Source: Hyalangium minutum (lineage in GTDB: Bacteria; Myxococcota; Myxococcia; Myxococcales; Myxococcaceae). From it: DNA of 124,000 nucleotides. Within the stretch, counting starts at the first letter, position 1; every line of letters starts with the position of its first letter. Made by a program: the position numbers and the translations under genes. Below, in pieces: positions 9,288-20,320 of this stretch. The stretch spans positions 20,001 through 144,000 of the forward strand of contig NZ_JMCB01000004.1 of NCBI RefSeq assembly GCF_000737315.1. Direction: 5' to 3'. The notes under the pieces were generated by a model. That model did no database searches. It was given only the letters and a program-made list of their open reading frames with translations, and was not told the origin of the DNA.

Positions 9288-10682
9288 CTAGGCTGCCGCG
9301 GCGCGCCGGTACAGCTTCAGAGGCACCGTGTCCGGGCGCAGGTTGACGCCGACCACAAAGGGGGGCGGCTTCTGCTCGGTGTACTGCACCCGGTAGCGCT
9401 GCACGATCATGGCCAGGATGATCTGCATCTCCATCGAGGCGAAGTTCGTCCCGATGCACATGCGCATGCCCCCGCCGAACGGGAAGAAGGCCAGCCGGGG
9501 GCGCCCGGCGGAACGCTCGGGACTGAAGCGCTCCGGGTTGAACTTCTCGGGCTCCTCCCAGACGGCGGGGTGGCGGTGGGTGAGGTAGGGGCTGAGGGTG
9601 ATGATGTCTCCCTTGGACACCAGGTAGCCCCCGATGACGTCGTCGCTCATGGCCTCGCGGGGGAAGCTCCAGACAGGGGGGTACAGGCGCATGGACTCAT
9701 CGATGACCATGGCCGTGTACCGGAGCTTCGGCAGATCCTGCGCGGTGGGCACGCGGCCCTCGAGCACCGAGTCGACCTCGGCCTGGAGCTTCTCCCAGAC
9801 CTCGGGGTGGCTGCCCAGCAGGAACCACGTCCACCCCAGCGCGAACGTGGTGGTCTCATGCCCGGCGACGATGAGCGTCATCAGCTCGTCGCGGAGCTGC
9901 GCGTCGCTCATGCCCCCGCCCGTGTCCTCGTAGCGGGCCTCCAGCAGCATCTGGAGCAGATCCTGCGGAGGCTGAGCCTGCTTGCGCCGGGCCTCGATGA
10001 GGCCGAGCACCGCGCGGTTCAGCATGGCCATGTTCTTGTCGAACTCGCGGTTGGCCTTGGTCGGCAGGAACATCCGCAGCGGGTTGGCGGACAGGAGCCG
10101 TGCGCTGTTCTCGTGGGTGGCGCTGTACATCGCGTCCTCGAGCTCCGCGGCCCCGGGGTTGACGGTCCCGTTGAAGGCGTCACTGCTGAAGAGCGTCCGC
10201 GTGGTGATGGAGAGGGTGAGCCGCGTCATCTCCGGCATGATGTCCAGGACGGTGCCGTCGGGCAGGGCGTCCCAGTTTCGGAGATGGGCGCCCATCACCT
10301 GGACCATCTGGTCCACCAGGACGGCCAGCCTCTCGCGGTGGAAGGCGGGCTGGGCGAGCCTTCGCTGGCGTCTCCAGGACTCCCCGTCGTTGGTGATGAG
10401 CCCCTTGCCGAGGATGGGCTCGGCCCTGCGCAGCAGCTTGCTGCGGCCGTAGATGGTGGGGCGCTCCACCAGGATGTGCTTCACGTGGTCCGGGTGGGTG
10501 AAGTAGGTCACCCGGATCGGGCCCATCCGGTAGGAGATGACCTCGCCGTACTCGGCGAACCCTTGTGAGAGCAAGCCGAGTGGGTCCTTCTGCAACTCGA
10601 GGATGCTACCCAGGAGCCAGTGACCCTTGGGGCCGCTGGGCCTCCTCGGAGTGGAAGGAACTTGGGGTGCAGGCGACAGCAT
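9288..10682 (-). CDS. Cytochrome P450
   Basis: AGHETT, ESMR, PERF and FGGGMRMCIG. Confidence 0.95.
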   Translation of the reverse strand: MLSPAPQVPSTPRRPSGPKGHWLLGSILELQKDPLGLLSQGFAEYGEVISYRMGPIRVTYFTHPDHVKHILVERPTIYGRSKLLRRAEPILGKGLITNDGESWRRQRRLAQPAFHRERLAVLVDQMVQVMGAHLRNWDALPDGTVLDIMPEMTRLTLSITTRTLFSSDAFNGTVNPGAAELEDAMYSATHENSARLLSANPLRMFLPTKANREFDKNMAMLNRAVLGLIEARRKQAQPPQDLLQMLLEARYEDTGGGMSDAQLRDELMTLIVAGHETTTFALGWTWFLLGSHPEVWEKLQAEVDSVLEGRVPTAQDLPKLRYTAMVIDESMRLYPPVWSFPREAMSDDVIGGYLVSKGDIITLSPYLTHRHPAVWEEPEKFNPERFSPERSAGRPRLAFFPFGGGMRMCIGTNFASMEMQIILAMIVQRYRVQYTEQKPPPFVVGVNLRPDTVPLKLYRRAAAA

Positions 10683-10728
10683 ATGAACTCCTCCAGAGCC
10701 TGGGGGGAGGGAAGACAGAAGCCACGGA

Positions 10729-12279
10729 CTACTTCGCCGCGGGGGCGTGCTGCACCGGCGGCACGTAGGGCCAGCTCTTGAGCGGTCCCTTGCCCGCGTC
10801 GCGCGAGATGTAGTCCGCGGCGATGTTGGCGCTCTCCATGATTGCGAGCAGTCCGCTGCCGGGGTGGGTGCCGCCGCCCACGAAGTACAGCCCGCTCACC
10901 TCCGTGTTCTTCACCCGAGGGCGCAGCGGCCCGAGCTGGTCCATGGTGTGGGCCAGGTTGAAGACGGCGCCGCGGAACACGTTGAAGTCATCCCGCCAGG
11001 TCTCCGCGGTCCAGGAGCGCCGGGCGCGGATGTGCTTGGTGATGTCGTGGATGCCCACCTTGGTGAGCAGCTCGGGGACGCGCTCGTTGAGTATCCGCTC
11101 GGCCTGCTTGAAGTCCACCGGGTGGCCGGTGTGGGGCGTGGGGATCGTGACGTAGAGCGTGGAGTGTCCCGGCGGCGCGACGGAGGGATCCGTGACGCAC
11201 GGGTTGCAGACGTAGAAGGGCGGATCCTCGGTGTCCACCGTCGTGTCCTCGAGCTTCGCGAGATCGTTCTTCAGGCCGTTGGCGGAGAAGGAGATCTGGT
11301 GGTGAGGCACGTCATAGACGCGATCCAGGCCCAGGTAGAGCATGAAGAGGCTGGGCGAGTACCGGGCCTTGTCCAGGAAGCCATCGGTCATGCGGCCCTT
11401 GCGCCAGCGCGCGTCCAGGAGGTTCTTGGCGGCGTAGGGCAGATCCGCGTTGACGACCACGGTGTCTGCCTTCAGGCGCTCGCCCGAGCTCAGCTCCACG
11501 CCGCGCGCCTTGCCCTCTTCGACCCAGATGCGGGAGACGGGCGTGCCCATCCGGAACTCCACGCCCAGATCCTGCGCGCACTTCATCATCCCTTGCGCCA
11601 TCGCACGGAAGCCGCCCTTGGGGTGCCACACGCCGAAGGCCAGCTCCAGGTAGGGGACGATGGAGAAGAGGCTGGTGGCGGTGGTGGGGTGCAGCCCCAG
11701 GTACTTGGAGGAGAAGGCGAACCCGTAGGTGATGCGGTCGTCTTTGAAGTAATCGTTGAAGTGCGAGTAGAGCGTCTGCCAGGGCTTGAAGCGCAGGTTG
11801 GGTCCCCACAGCCACGGCACGATGTACCCGGGGAGCGAGTCGGCTGGGGTGGCAACGAACTTGCCGTAGATGAAGCGGTACTTCTCCTCGGCATCGGCCA
11901 CCCAGCGCTTGAGGGCTGCGGGCTTGTCGGGGCCGAAGCGGGCCAGATCCGCGGCCATGCGCTCCGTGTCGCGGAAGGAGTCCATGTACGTGCCATCCCA
12001 GAACCAGGTACGGCTCATCGGCTCCACGGGCAGCAGGGTCACATAGTCTTCGAGCCGCTTGCCGGCGCGCTCGAAGGTTTTGAAGAGGATCTCGGGGACC
12101 TGGAAGATGGTGGGCCCGGTGTCGATCGTGTACTCGTTCTGTTCGCCGAGGGTCAGGCCCTTCATGCGGCCGCCGGGGACCGGATCCTTCTCCACGACGG
12201 TCACCTTCAGCCCGAGCCCTGCCAGGTTGATGGCGGACAACAAGCCTCCGGGGCCTGCTCCGACGATGAGGACGTCCAT
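10729..12279 (-). CDS. crtI: Phytoene desaturase (CrtI) family FAD oxidoreductase
   Basis: N-terminal IVGAGPGG..A FAD motif, DTGPT, and C-terminal LYFVGGGTHPGSGL. The family is clear; the substrate is not. Confidence 0.75.
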   Translation of the reverse strand: MDVLIVGAGPGGLLSAINLAGLGLKVTVVEKDPVPGGRMKGLTLGEQNEYTIDTGPTIFQVPEILFKTFERAGKRLEDYVTLLPVEPMSRTWFWDGTYMDSFRDTERMAADLARFGPDKPAALKRWVADAEEKYRFIYGKFVATPADSLPGYIVPWLWGPNLRFKPWQTLYSHFNDYFKDDRITYGFAFSSKYLGLHPTTATSLFSIVPYLELAFGVWHPKGGFRAMAQGMMKCAQDLGVEFRMGTPVSRIWVEEGKARGVELSSGERLKADTVVVNADLPYAAKNLLDARWRKGRMTDGFLDKARYSPSLFMLYLGLDRVYDVPHHQISFSANGLKNDLAKLEDTTVDTEDPPFYVCNPCVTDPSVAPPGHSTLYVTIPTPHTGHPVDFKQAERILNERVPELLTKVGIHDITKHIRARRSWTAETWRDDFNVFRGAVFNLAHTMDQLGPLRPRVKNTEVSGLYFVGGGTHPGSGLLAIMESANIAADYISRDAGKGPLKSWPYVPPVQHAPAAK

Positions 12280-12425
12280 CTGGTTTCACCTCTCTTGGGT
12301 GCCGTTCCGCGCAGGCGCGAGGCGGCATGAGCGCCGCTCCCACGCACAGGGGATGATCGGCGCGCATCGTCACATAGTGGACGGAAGCTTGTCATCCCCG
12401 GGATTCGGGTATTAGGGGGAAATAG

Positions 12426-12524
12426 TGGCGGTAGGGCATGAGAATCGAACTCACCAGGGACCGTTCTCACGGCCCCTCACCGGTTTTGAAGACCGGGCCG
12501 GCCACCAGATCCGGAGGCCCTACC
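12426..12524 (-). tRNA. selC: tRNA-Sec (UCA)
   Basis: The reverse complement gives GGTAGGGC...GGTCTTCAAAACCGG...GTTCGATTC...GCCCTACCGCCA: TCA anticodon, 8-bp acceptor stem, long variable arm, encoded CCA. Confidence 0.93.
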
Positions 12525-12692
12525 ACGCTCGACTCTACTGCCCGGCCAATGCCCCTCCGTCAACGATGCGCTCGATAAGAAAGCGCTGTCAGATCCAGAG
12601 GTGTTTGACGCATAAAGCCACAAATTGAAAAGGCAGTTTTGCGCTCCCACGCATAATTTTATGCGGTGATGGCAAAAGGTGGCATGAGTTTT

Positions 12693-12718
12693 TGAATGCG
12701 CTTTCATAAAGCGCTTTA
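12693..12718. promoter_or_regulatory. Tandem LacI-family-like palindromic operators
   Basis: TGAATGCGCTTTCA followed immediately by TAAAGCGCTTTA, in an AT-rich stretch upstream of 12912. Confidence 0.5.
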
Positions 12719-12911
12719 CTCCCTGGAAAAGACGCTTTACACTCGGTTCCAGAAAAGTGCCGAAGGGTCTCCTGCCGTTGGAATGACCTGGGCTGCGTTG
12801 CGCCCTGTGAGTCTGTCTTCAGAGGCACGGTTCCAAGCGCTGCATTGCGTCAGTTGACTCAACCCTTGATCGGCTCCGGGGCTGGATCTCCATGGGCCGA
12901 GAAGGAAGGCC

Positions 12912-15188
12912 ATGATCCATAAATCGTTGGGAGTCGCCGTCGTGTTGCTGATGGGCATCCTGGGAGCGGGCGAGAGCCTCGCCGCGCCCACCTATGGAGC
13001 CCAGAGCTCGGGGGCCAGCTCGGCCCTCTTCTATATCAACAGCACCTCGTGGGCGGACATCCACTACCGGGTCAACAATGGGGGCCAGGTCAACGTTCGG
13101 ATGACGCTCGTGGGCTCGCAGAACCAGTACACGGTGACGGGTCTCACCAGTGGCAGCGTCGTCACCTACAACTTCACGTACTGGGACGCCGCCTGTAACT
13201 GCGCCTTCGATACCGCCACGGCCACTTATACCCATGGCTCCTCGTCGCCTCCGGACGCGGGCACGGGCACTCCCGATGCGGGCTCCGGAACTCCGGACGC
13301 GGGCACGGGCACTCCGGACGCGGGTACCGGTGGCCCTACTGGCAGCGCGGTCCCCTTGTTCAACAGCACCACCCCGCTGGAGCCGGCCCTGGTGGAGAAC
13401 ACCTCCACGGCGATCATCACCCACGTGGGCGAGCGCGTGCGCGATCGCCATGCCCGCGAGTCCCAGTTCCAGGCGTATGACCACTTCCTGGGCAAGTACT
13501 TCGTCAACCGTACCTTCTACGTCGACATCATCGACGAGGTGGCCAAGGGCGGCAGCCAGATCACCGTCAACATGCACACCGTCTACCCACACGACGGCAC
13601 GAACTTCCGCGCGTTCTTCCGGGGCCTCAACACCGTCGCGGAGTACTTCCACAACGGCACCTTCACCCGCGTGAACGACTACCTCTACACCGCCAGCGTC
13701 AACTACAACGCCAAGGAGGGGCGTGCCATCCGGGTGGGCGATCGCATGGAGATCGAGATCGGCGTCTTCCTGAAGCAACCGGTGGACGGCCGCTTCAACT
13801 ATTACTCGGGGGCGTGGCTGTACATCGTGGGCCAGGGCGGCATCGTGCCCTTCGAGGGCGTCGGCTCCACGCTCGACTCCTTCCCCCTGCCGGAGACCGC
13901 GTGGGCGGGCGGACGGACCACGCAGAACTACCCGTATTCGAACGAGCCGGCCGAGCGCTTCATGCAGATGGCGCTGAACCTGGCCCCGGTCAACACTCAG
14001 ACGTTCGTCGAGGGCCGCCGGATCCACCACACGGACTTCGGTACGGGCGCTCACTCCGAGGCGGACAACCCGGTGTTCACCGAGCAGGCGAACAAGCTGG
14101 GGAACAGCTACATCGCGCGCTCGTGCGTGGCCTGCCACGTGAACAACGGCCGCGGCCTGCCTCCTGCCACCAACACCACGCTGACCAACCTCGTGGTCAA
14201 GGTGGGCAAGCTCAGCGGCTCCACGAACGTGTCGGATCCGCAGCTGGGCGCCAAGCTGCAGCCGCGCTCTGTCAGTGGCACCCCCGAGGCGGATGTGAAG
14301 ATCACCTCGTGGACCACGACCAATGGCACTTTCTCGGATGGCACGGCCTACCAGCTGCGCAAGCCCGTCTACGCCTTCAGCAACGTCATCCCCACGAACT
14401 ACTCGGCGCGCATGACGCCGCAGCTGGTGGGCTTGGGCCTGCTGGAGGCGGTGCCCGAGAGCGCCATCTTCGCCCTGGCCGATCCCAATGACGCCAACGG
14501 CGACGGCATCTCTGGCCGCATGAGCACCGTGGTGGACCCCCAGACGGGCCAGACCCGCATGGGCCGCTTCGGCTGGAAGGCGAGCCTGGCGCGGGTGCGC
14601 CACCAGGTCGCCGATGCGCTCAATGGCGACATGGGCGTCACCACGTCCGTGTACAGGTCGCTGGACTGCGGCTCGTCCCAGCAGGGCTGCACGGGCACCA
14701 GCACAGAGCTGAGTGACGCGGACCTGGACAAGCTCGTCCGCTACATCTCTCTCTTGGGCGTCAATGCCCGGCGCAACCTCAACGACACGCAGGCGCAGCG
14801 CGGCGAGACGCTCTTCCAGAGCGCCGGCTGCTCCAAGTGCCACACGGCCAGCCTGCCTACGAGCCCCTACCACCCGAACTCCGAGCTGCGCAGCCAGACG
14901 ATCCGTCCGTACACGGATCTGCTCCTGCACGACATGGGCTCGGGGCTGGCGGACAACCTGCCGGAGGGCACGGCCTCGGGCTCCGAGTGGCGCACCGCTC
15001 CCCTGTGGAGCATCGGCTGGACGGCGGGCGTCAGCGGCGGCGAGGCCTACCTGCACGACGGCCGCGCTCGCAACCTCTCCGAGGCCATCCTCTGGCACGG
15101 CGGTGAGGGCGAGGCCTCCAAGCAGTCCTTCGTGAGGATGTCCGCTGCGGACCGGGATGCGCTGATCAAGTTCCTCCAGTCCCTGTAA
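12912..15188 (+). CDS. Secreted di-heme oxidoreductase family protein (thiol oxidoreductase/DUF1111-like) with an N-terminal CBM56-like module
   Basis: Signal peptide; SWADIHYRVNNG.Q.NVRM module; PDAG linker; CVACH and CSKCH; YTDLLLHDMG, WRTAPLW and YLHDGRAR..EAILWHGGE. Confidence 0.85.
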   Translation: MIHKSLGVAVVLLMGILGAGESLAAPTYGAQSSGASSALFYINSTSWADIHYRVNNGGQVNVRMTLVGSQNQYTVTGLTSGSVVTYNFTYWDAACNCAFDTATATYTHGSSSPPDAGTGTPDAGSGTPDAGTGTPDAGTGGPTGSAVPLFNSTTPLEPALVENTSTAIITHVGERVRDRHARESQFQAYDHFLGKYFVNRTFYVDIIDEVAKGGSQITVNMHTVYPHDGTNFRAFFRGLNTVAEYFHNGTFTRVNDYLYTASVNYNAKEGRAIRVGDRMEIEIGVFLKQPVDGRFNYYSGAWLYIVGQGGIVPFEGVGSTLDSFPLPETAWAGGRTTQNYPYSNEPAERFMQMALNLAPVNTQTFVEGRRIHHTDFGTGAHSEADNPVFTEQANKLGNSYIARSCVACHVNNGRGLPPATNTTLTNLVVKVGKLSGSTNVSDPQLGAKLQPRSVSGTPEADVKITSWTTTNGTFSDGTAYQLRKPVYAFSNVIPTNYSARMTPQLVGLGLLEAVPESAIFALADPNDANGDGISGRMSTVVDPQTGQTRMGRFGWKASLARVRHQVADALNGDMGVTTSVYRSLDCGSSQQGCTGTSTELSDADLDKLVRYISLLGVNARRNLNDTQAQRGETLFQSAGCSKCHTASLPTSPYHPNSELRSQTIRPYTDLLLHDMGSGLADNLPEGTASGSEWRTAPLWSIGWTAGVSGGEAYLHDGRARNLSEAILWHGGEGEASKQSFVRMSAADRDALIKFLQSL
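13251..13331 (+). repeat. Four 21-bp units encoding a PDAG(T/S)G linker
   Basis: ccggacgcgggcacgggcact-type tandem units. Confidence 0.8.
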
Positions 15189-15208
15189 CGCGCGCTGGAG
15201 GCAGCTCC

Positions 15209-15239
15209 GGGGACCGCGTCACCACGCGGTCCCCTTTTT
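15209..15239 (+). terminator. Intrinsic terminator
   Basis: GGGGACCGCGT-cacc-ACGCGGTCCCC followed by TTTTT. Confidence 0.85.
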
Positions 15240-15263
15240 ATTTGCGGGAGAGGGCTGCGCTGC

Positions 15264-16337
15264 TCAGTCCAGCCCGCGCTCCCAGAGGTCGTCCTCGTCC
15301 AGCCCCACGAGGTGCCCCACCTCGTGCATCACGGTGATGCCGATCTGCTCGATCAGCTCCTCGCGCGTCTTCGCGAAGCGCTCCAGGTTCCTCTGGTACA
15401 GCACGATCGCCGCCGGGAAGTGATCGTACGCGTTCGTCACGCTCCGCTCGCCCACCGGCGTTCCCCGGAACACCCCCAGGATGCATGGCGACAGGGGAGG
15501 GGTCTGATCCATCAGCTCTTCATCCGACGGGATGTCCTCCACGGAGATCGTCACGTTGTCCAGGTAGCCCTTCACGTGCTCTGGAAGCGCCTTCACCGCC
15601 GACTCGAGCGCCTGATCGAACTCCGGCTCCGCCAACGACACCGGCGGCGGGAACTCCTGCGGCGCCAACGCCTGCGCCTTCCCGAACCGCTTCTTGGCCT
15701 CCTTCGCATCCCCGCGCCGCTCCGCTATCAGCCCCAGGTAGTGGTGCGCCCAGGCCTCGTCCGGCGTGTCCTTCAGCACCTTCTCGAAGGACGCCTGCGA
15801 CTCCTTGAAGCGGCACAGCTCGAACAGCGCGATGGCTCGCTCCACCTGCGCATCGATCGAGCGCGGCATGTGCCCGAGCGCTTCCTCCAGGCTCTCCAGC
15901 GCCTGGGTGCACTCGCCCATCTGGTTCAGGCCCATCCCTTCCAAGAGGAGGAACTCGTACACATGCTCTACATCGTCCGCTCGTTCCGCCAGCTTCCGCC
16001 CACGGCCACACAGGGTGAGCCCTTCCTCCACCGCGTCGCGATCTTCTCCCATCCGGCAGAGGAGGAAGTCCGCCATCTCCAGGATCAGCTCCAGATCCTC
16101 TGGGCTCGCCTCCAAAGCCTGTTGATACGCTTGCACCGCTTCTTCCTGGCGCCCAAGCCCCGCGAGCGCTGCCGCTCGATAGTGCAGCGCCTCCGGCTGC
16201 CCTGGCGCCTCCTTCAGCAGCGCTTGTGTCTTCTCCAGCGCGCCTTCCAGATCCTCGGCGTCGAACGCCGCGGCGATCTGTTCCAGGCGCTGCTCCGAGT
16301 CCCCCGGCAATGAGCGTTTCTCCCGCTTCCCCATCAT
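15264..16337 (-). CDS. TPR-containing zincin-like metallopeptidase
   Basis: TPR helices, then IVLYQRNL and TVMHEVGH (HExxH). Start moved to ATG 16337. Confidence 0.85.
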   Translation of the reverse strand: MMGKREKRSLPGDSEQRLEQIAAAFDAEDLEGALEKTQALLKEAPGQPEALHYRAAALAGLGRQEEAVQAYQQALEASPEDLELILEMADFLLCRMGEDRDAVEEGLTLCGRGRKLAERADDVEHVYEFLLLEGMGLNQMGECTQALESLEEALGHMPRSIDAQVERAIALFELCRFKESQASFEKVLKDTPDEAWAHHYLGLIAERRGDAKEAKKRFGKAQALAPQEFPPPVSLAEPEFDQALESAVKALPEHVKGYLDNVTISVEDIPSDEELMDQTPPLSPCILGVFRGTPVGERSVTNAYDHFPAAIVLYQRNLERFAKTREELIEQIGITVMHEVGHLVGLDEDDLWERGLD

Positions 16338-16436
16338 GAGCGGCCTCATATCCAGGTCCCTCTGTACGTTGTCAACGCAGGGAGCGGTTGTTACTTTCGC
16401 TCTTTCCCTGAGTCCCCAGGGACAGGTGTCCCTTTC

Positions 16437-16793
16437 GTGAACATCCTCGTCGTCGATGATGACCTCAGCCTGTGCGCCAGTCTCTCCCAGTTTTTGGAGG
16501 GGAACGGCTACACGGTCTATTCGGCCGGCGACGCCCTCCAGGCCTTGGACGTCATGGAGCGCCAGCCCGTGGAGCTCATCATCACCGATTATTTGATGCC
16601 CCACGTGGATGGCATCCGTTTCACCGAGATGCTCAAGGCGGATCCCCGCTTTACGGAGATCCCCGTGCTCCTCATCACCGCCTCCCCGGACGTGGCCACC
16701 ACCGACAAGGGCCTGCGCAGGGGCGTGGCCATGATGCTCCAGAAGCCGGTGGACATGGGCCAGCTCCTGACGCTGGTCCGCTTCGCCGAGTAG
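16437..16793 (+). CDS. Single-domain response regulator
   Basis: ILVVDDD, ITDYLMP and QKP receiver motifs. Confidence 0.92.
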   Translation: MNILVVDDDLSLCASLSQFLEGNGYTVYSAGDALQALDVMERQPVELIITDYLMPHVDGIRFTEMLKADPRFTEIPVLLITASPDVATTDKGLRRGVAMMLQKPVDMGQLLTLVRFAE

Positions 16794-16843
16794 GCCCGAG
16801 GACCTTCCAGCCGTCCTACCGTCTACACCCTCGGCTTTCCGTG

Positions 16844-16896
16844 TTGACATCCCCCGTGCGGCCCTTATTTTGGCGCTCGCCGAGGCCGAGTGCTAA
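16844..16896 (+). promoter_or_regulatory. Sigma70-type promoter with CIRCE (HrcA operator) upstream of groEL
   Basis: TTGACA at 16844. TTGGCGCTC-N9-GAGTGCTAA at 16870-16896 versus the consensus TTAGCACTC-N9-GAGTGCTAA. Confidence 0.85.
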
Positions 16897-16938
16897 CGGC
16901 CCCAAATTCCCATTTCCATGTAGTTTCAGGAGGTTACG

Positions 16939-18588
<1,650 letters not shown>

Positions 18589-18634
18589 GCCGCTAGGGCT
18601 CGGGACGGCCGCTCCGGTGGCCGTCCTCGGTAGT

Positions 18635-18676
18635 CGGCCCCGGTGTCCTCGAGAGAGGCCCGGGGCCGTTGCTTTT
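18635..18676 (+). terminator. Hairpin terminator between convergent genes
   Basis: CGGCCCCGG ... CCGGGGCCG followed by TTGCTTTT. Confidence 0.6.
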
Positions 18677-20188
18677 TCAGGGCGTGCCCAGCTTCAGGGC
18701 GCGGGACAGCTCGCGGCTGAGCGCGGGCGCGTCGAAGAAGAGCCGAGGCAGGCAGGCGATGGCGCCGGCCCGCAGCGAGTCCAGCGTCGTCTCCATGGTG
18801 AGGTGCTCCACCAGGACGATGAAGGGCGCGCCCTGGGCCAGGGCCTTGCCCAGCTCCAGCGCCTTGCGGCCGTACGCCGGGGTGAAGTCCCAGCTCACCA
18901 CCACCGCCATGGGAGGCTCCATCGCGGCGATCTCCGTGGTGCTAATGAGCCGCGGCTCCAGTCCCAGGCGGGTGAGCGCCTCCATGACGGTGCGCGAGGA
19001 GGTGGCGTTGTCGTCGATGACGTCCACGCGCCGCCCGGTGGCCGTCCGGGGCTGCGCCGGAGGCGAGGCGATGGCCGCGCGGATGAGGGCACGCACCTGG
19101 CGGATGTCGTCGAAGGGCTTGAGCAGGTAGTCCATCACCCCCAGCTCCAGCGCCTCCTGCGTGGTGCCCAGCGAGGGGTAGCCCGTCATCAACAGGATGC
19201 GGGCCTGCGGGTTCATCATCCGCGCCTGCTGAGCCAGCGCCAGGCCGGACAGGCCCGGGAGGTTCTTGTCGGTGACGATGAGGTCCACGCGCTCGTTGCG
19301 CAGCAGATCGAGCGCTTCCTCGGCCGTGCCCGCCTCGAGCACCTCGAACTCCTTGCCCAGCAGGTCCCGGAAGACCATGCGGATGATGCTCTCGTCATCG
19401 ACGATGAGCACTCGCTTGCGCTGGGTGGTGGGCACCTCGACAGTTGCGGGGAAGGAGATTCGGAAGACGGTGGAAGGCGGCGGCTGGTCCGGCAGCGTGT
19501 CCGTGGGCGCCAGGCTGATCTGCGCCCGGTGTTCCTGGGCAATCCGCTTGCACACCGCGAGCCCCAGCCCCGTGCCGCGCTTGCTGCTGGAGACGTAGGG
19601 CTCGAAGATCTTCTCCCGCATCTCCCGGGGAATGCCGGGGCCCCAGTCCGCCACGTACAGGACGGGTGCGCTGCCCTCCAGCGTCAGCAGCACCTTGATG
19701 CGCCCCCGGCCGCCCATGGCGTCGCGCGCGTTGTTGAGCAGGTTGAGGGTGAGCTGCTCCAGGAGCCGGGCGTTGCCCTGAACGGTGATGGTCTCCGGGG
19801 CCTCCACCTCCAGCGAGATGCGGGCGGAGTCCGGGTTGAGCGAGAAGAGCTTGGCCGCGGCCCACACGGGGGTGGCCAGCGACAGGCGCTGCTGGGGCGC
19901 CGTCCGGTCGCTGGAGAGGCGGACGAAGTCAGAGATGATCTGCTCCATCCGCTCCACCTGGGCCAGCAGCAGCTTGAGCGGGCCTACGGTGCCGGTCTCT
20001 TCCGCCAGCAGCTGGGCGTAGGCCTTCACCCCTAGCAGGGGCTGGCGCAGCTCGTGCAGCACCTCGGCGGCCAGCTGGGTCGAGCCAGGCCCCGAGCGCT
20101 GCAGGGCCGCGGCCGCGGCCTTTGCCGTTGCCAGGTCACCAACCTCCAAGGCTTGCAGGAGATGAGCGAGCGGGGCAGGAGTCTCCAT
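18677..20188 (-). CDS. Hybrid histidine kinase (HisKA-HATPase-REC)
   Basis: HELRQPL, NLLNNA, DWGPGI, GTGLGL, then a receiver domain (VLIVDDE, TDKNLP). Confidence 0.92.
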   Translation of the reverse strand: METPAPLAHLLQALEVGDLATAKAAAAALQRSGPGSTQLAAEVLHELRQPLLGVKAYAQLLAEETGTVGPLKLLLAQVERMEQIISDFVRLSSDRTAPQQRLSLATPVWAAAKLFSLNPDSARISLEVEAPETITVQGNARLLEQLTLNLLNNARDAMGGRGRIKVLLTLEGSAPVLYVADWGPGIPREMREKIFEPYVSSSKRGTGLGLAVCKRIAQEHRAQISLAPTDTLPDQPPPSTVFRISFPATVEVPTTQRKRVLIVDDESIIRMVFRDLLGKEFEVLEAGTAEEALDLLRNERVDLIVTDKNLPGLSGLALAQQARMMNPQARILLMTGYPSLGTTQEALELGVMDYLLKPFDDIRQVRALIRAAIASPPAQPRTATGRRVDVIDDNATSSRTVMEALTRLGLEPRLISTTEIAAMEPPMAVVVSWDFTPAYGRKALELGKALAQGAPFIVLVEHLTMETTLDSLRAGAIACLPRLFFDAPALSRELSRALKLGTP

Positions 20189-20320
20189 TCACCCCCGAGC
20201 ATGGCGGACCCTGTGTCCATGCGCAACGCAACACACGCGGAATCCGTTGACCGGAGGCCGAAGCCTGCGGATGCTGCCACCCCCGCCCGGGTCGCCCCGG
20301 CCGGGGCCCTGGAGGCTGAC

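Noticed and set aside
10729-12279. Full carotenoid gene cluster
   Set aside because: No crtE, crtB, crtC or car regulators are adjacent; only a lone CrtI-family gene.
12680-12696. Sigma54 promoter TGGCATGAGTTTTTGA
   Set aside because: Wrong spacing and no GC at -12.
16338-16850. N-terminal extension of the TPR-zincin ORF
   Set aside because: It overlaps the response regulator on the opposite strand. The real start is near 16337.
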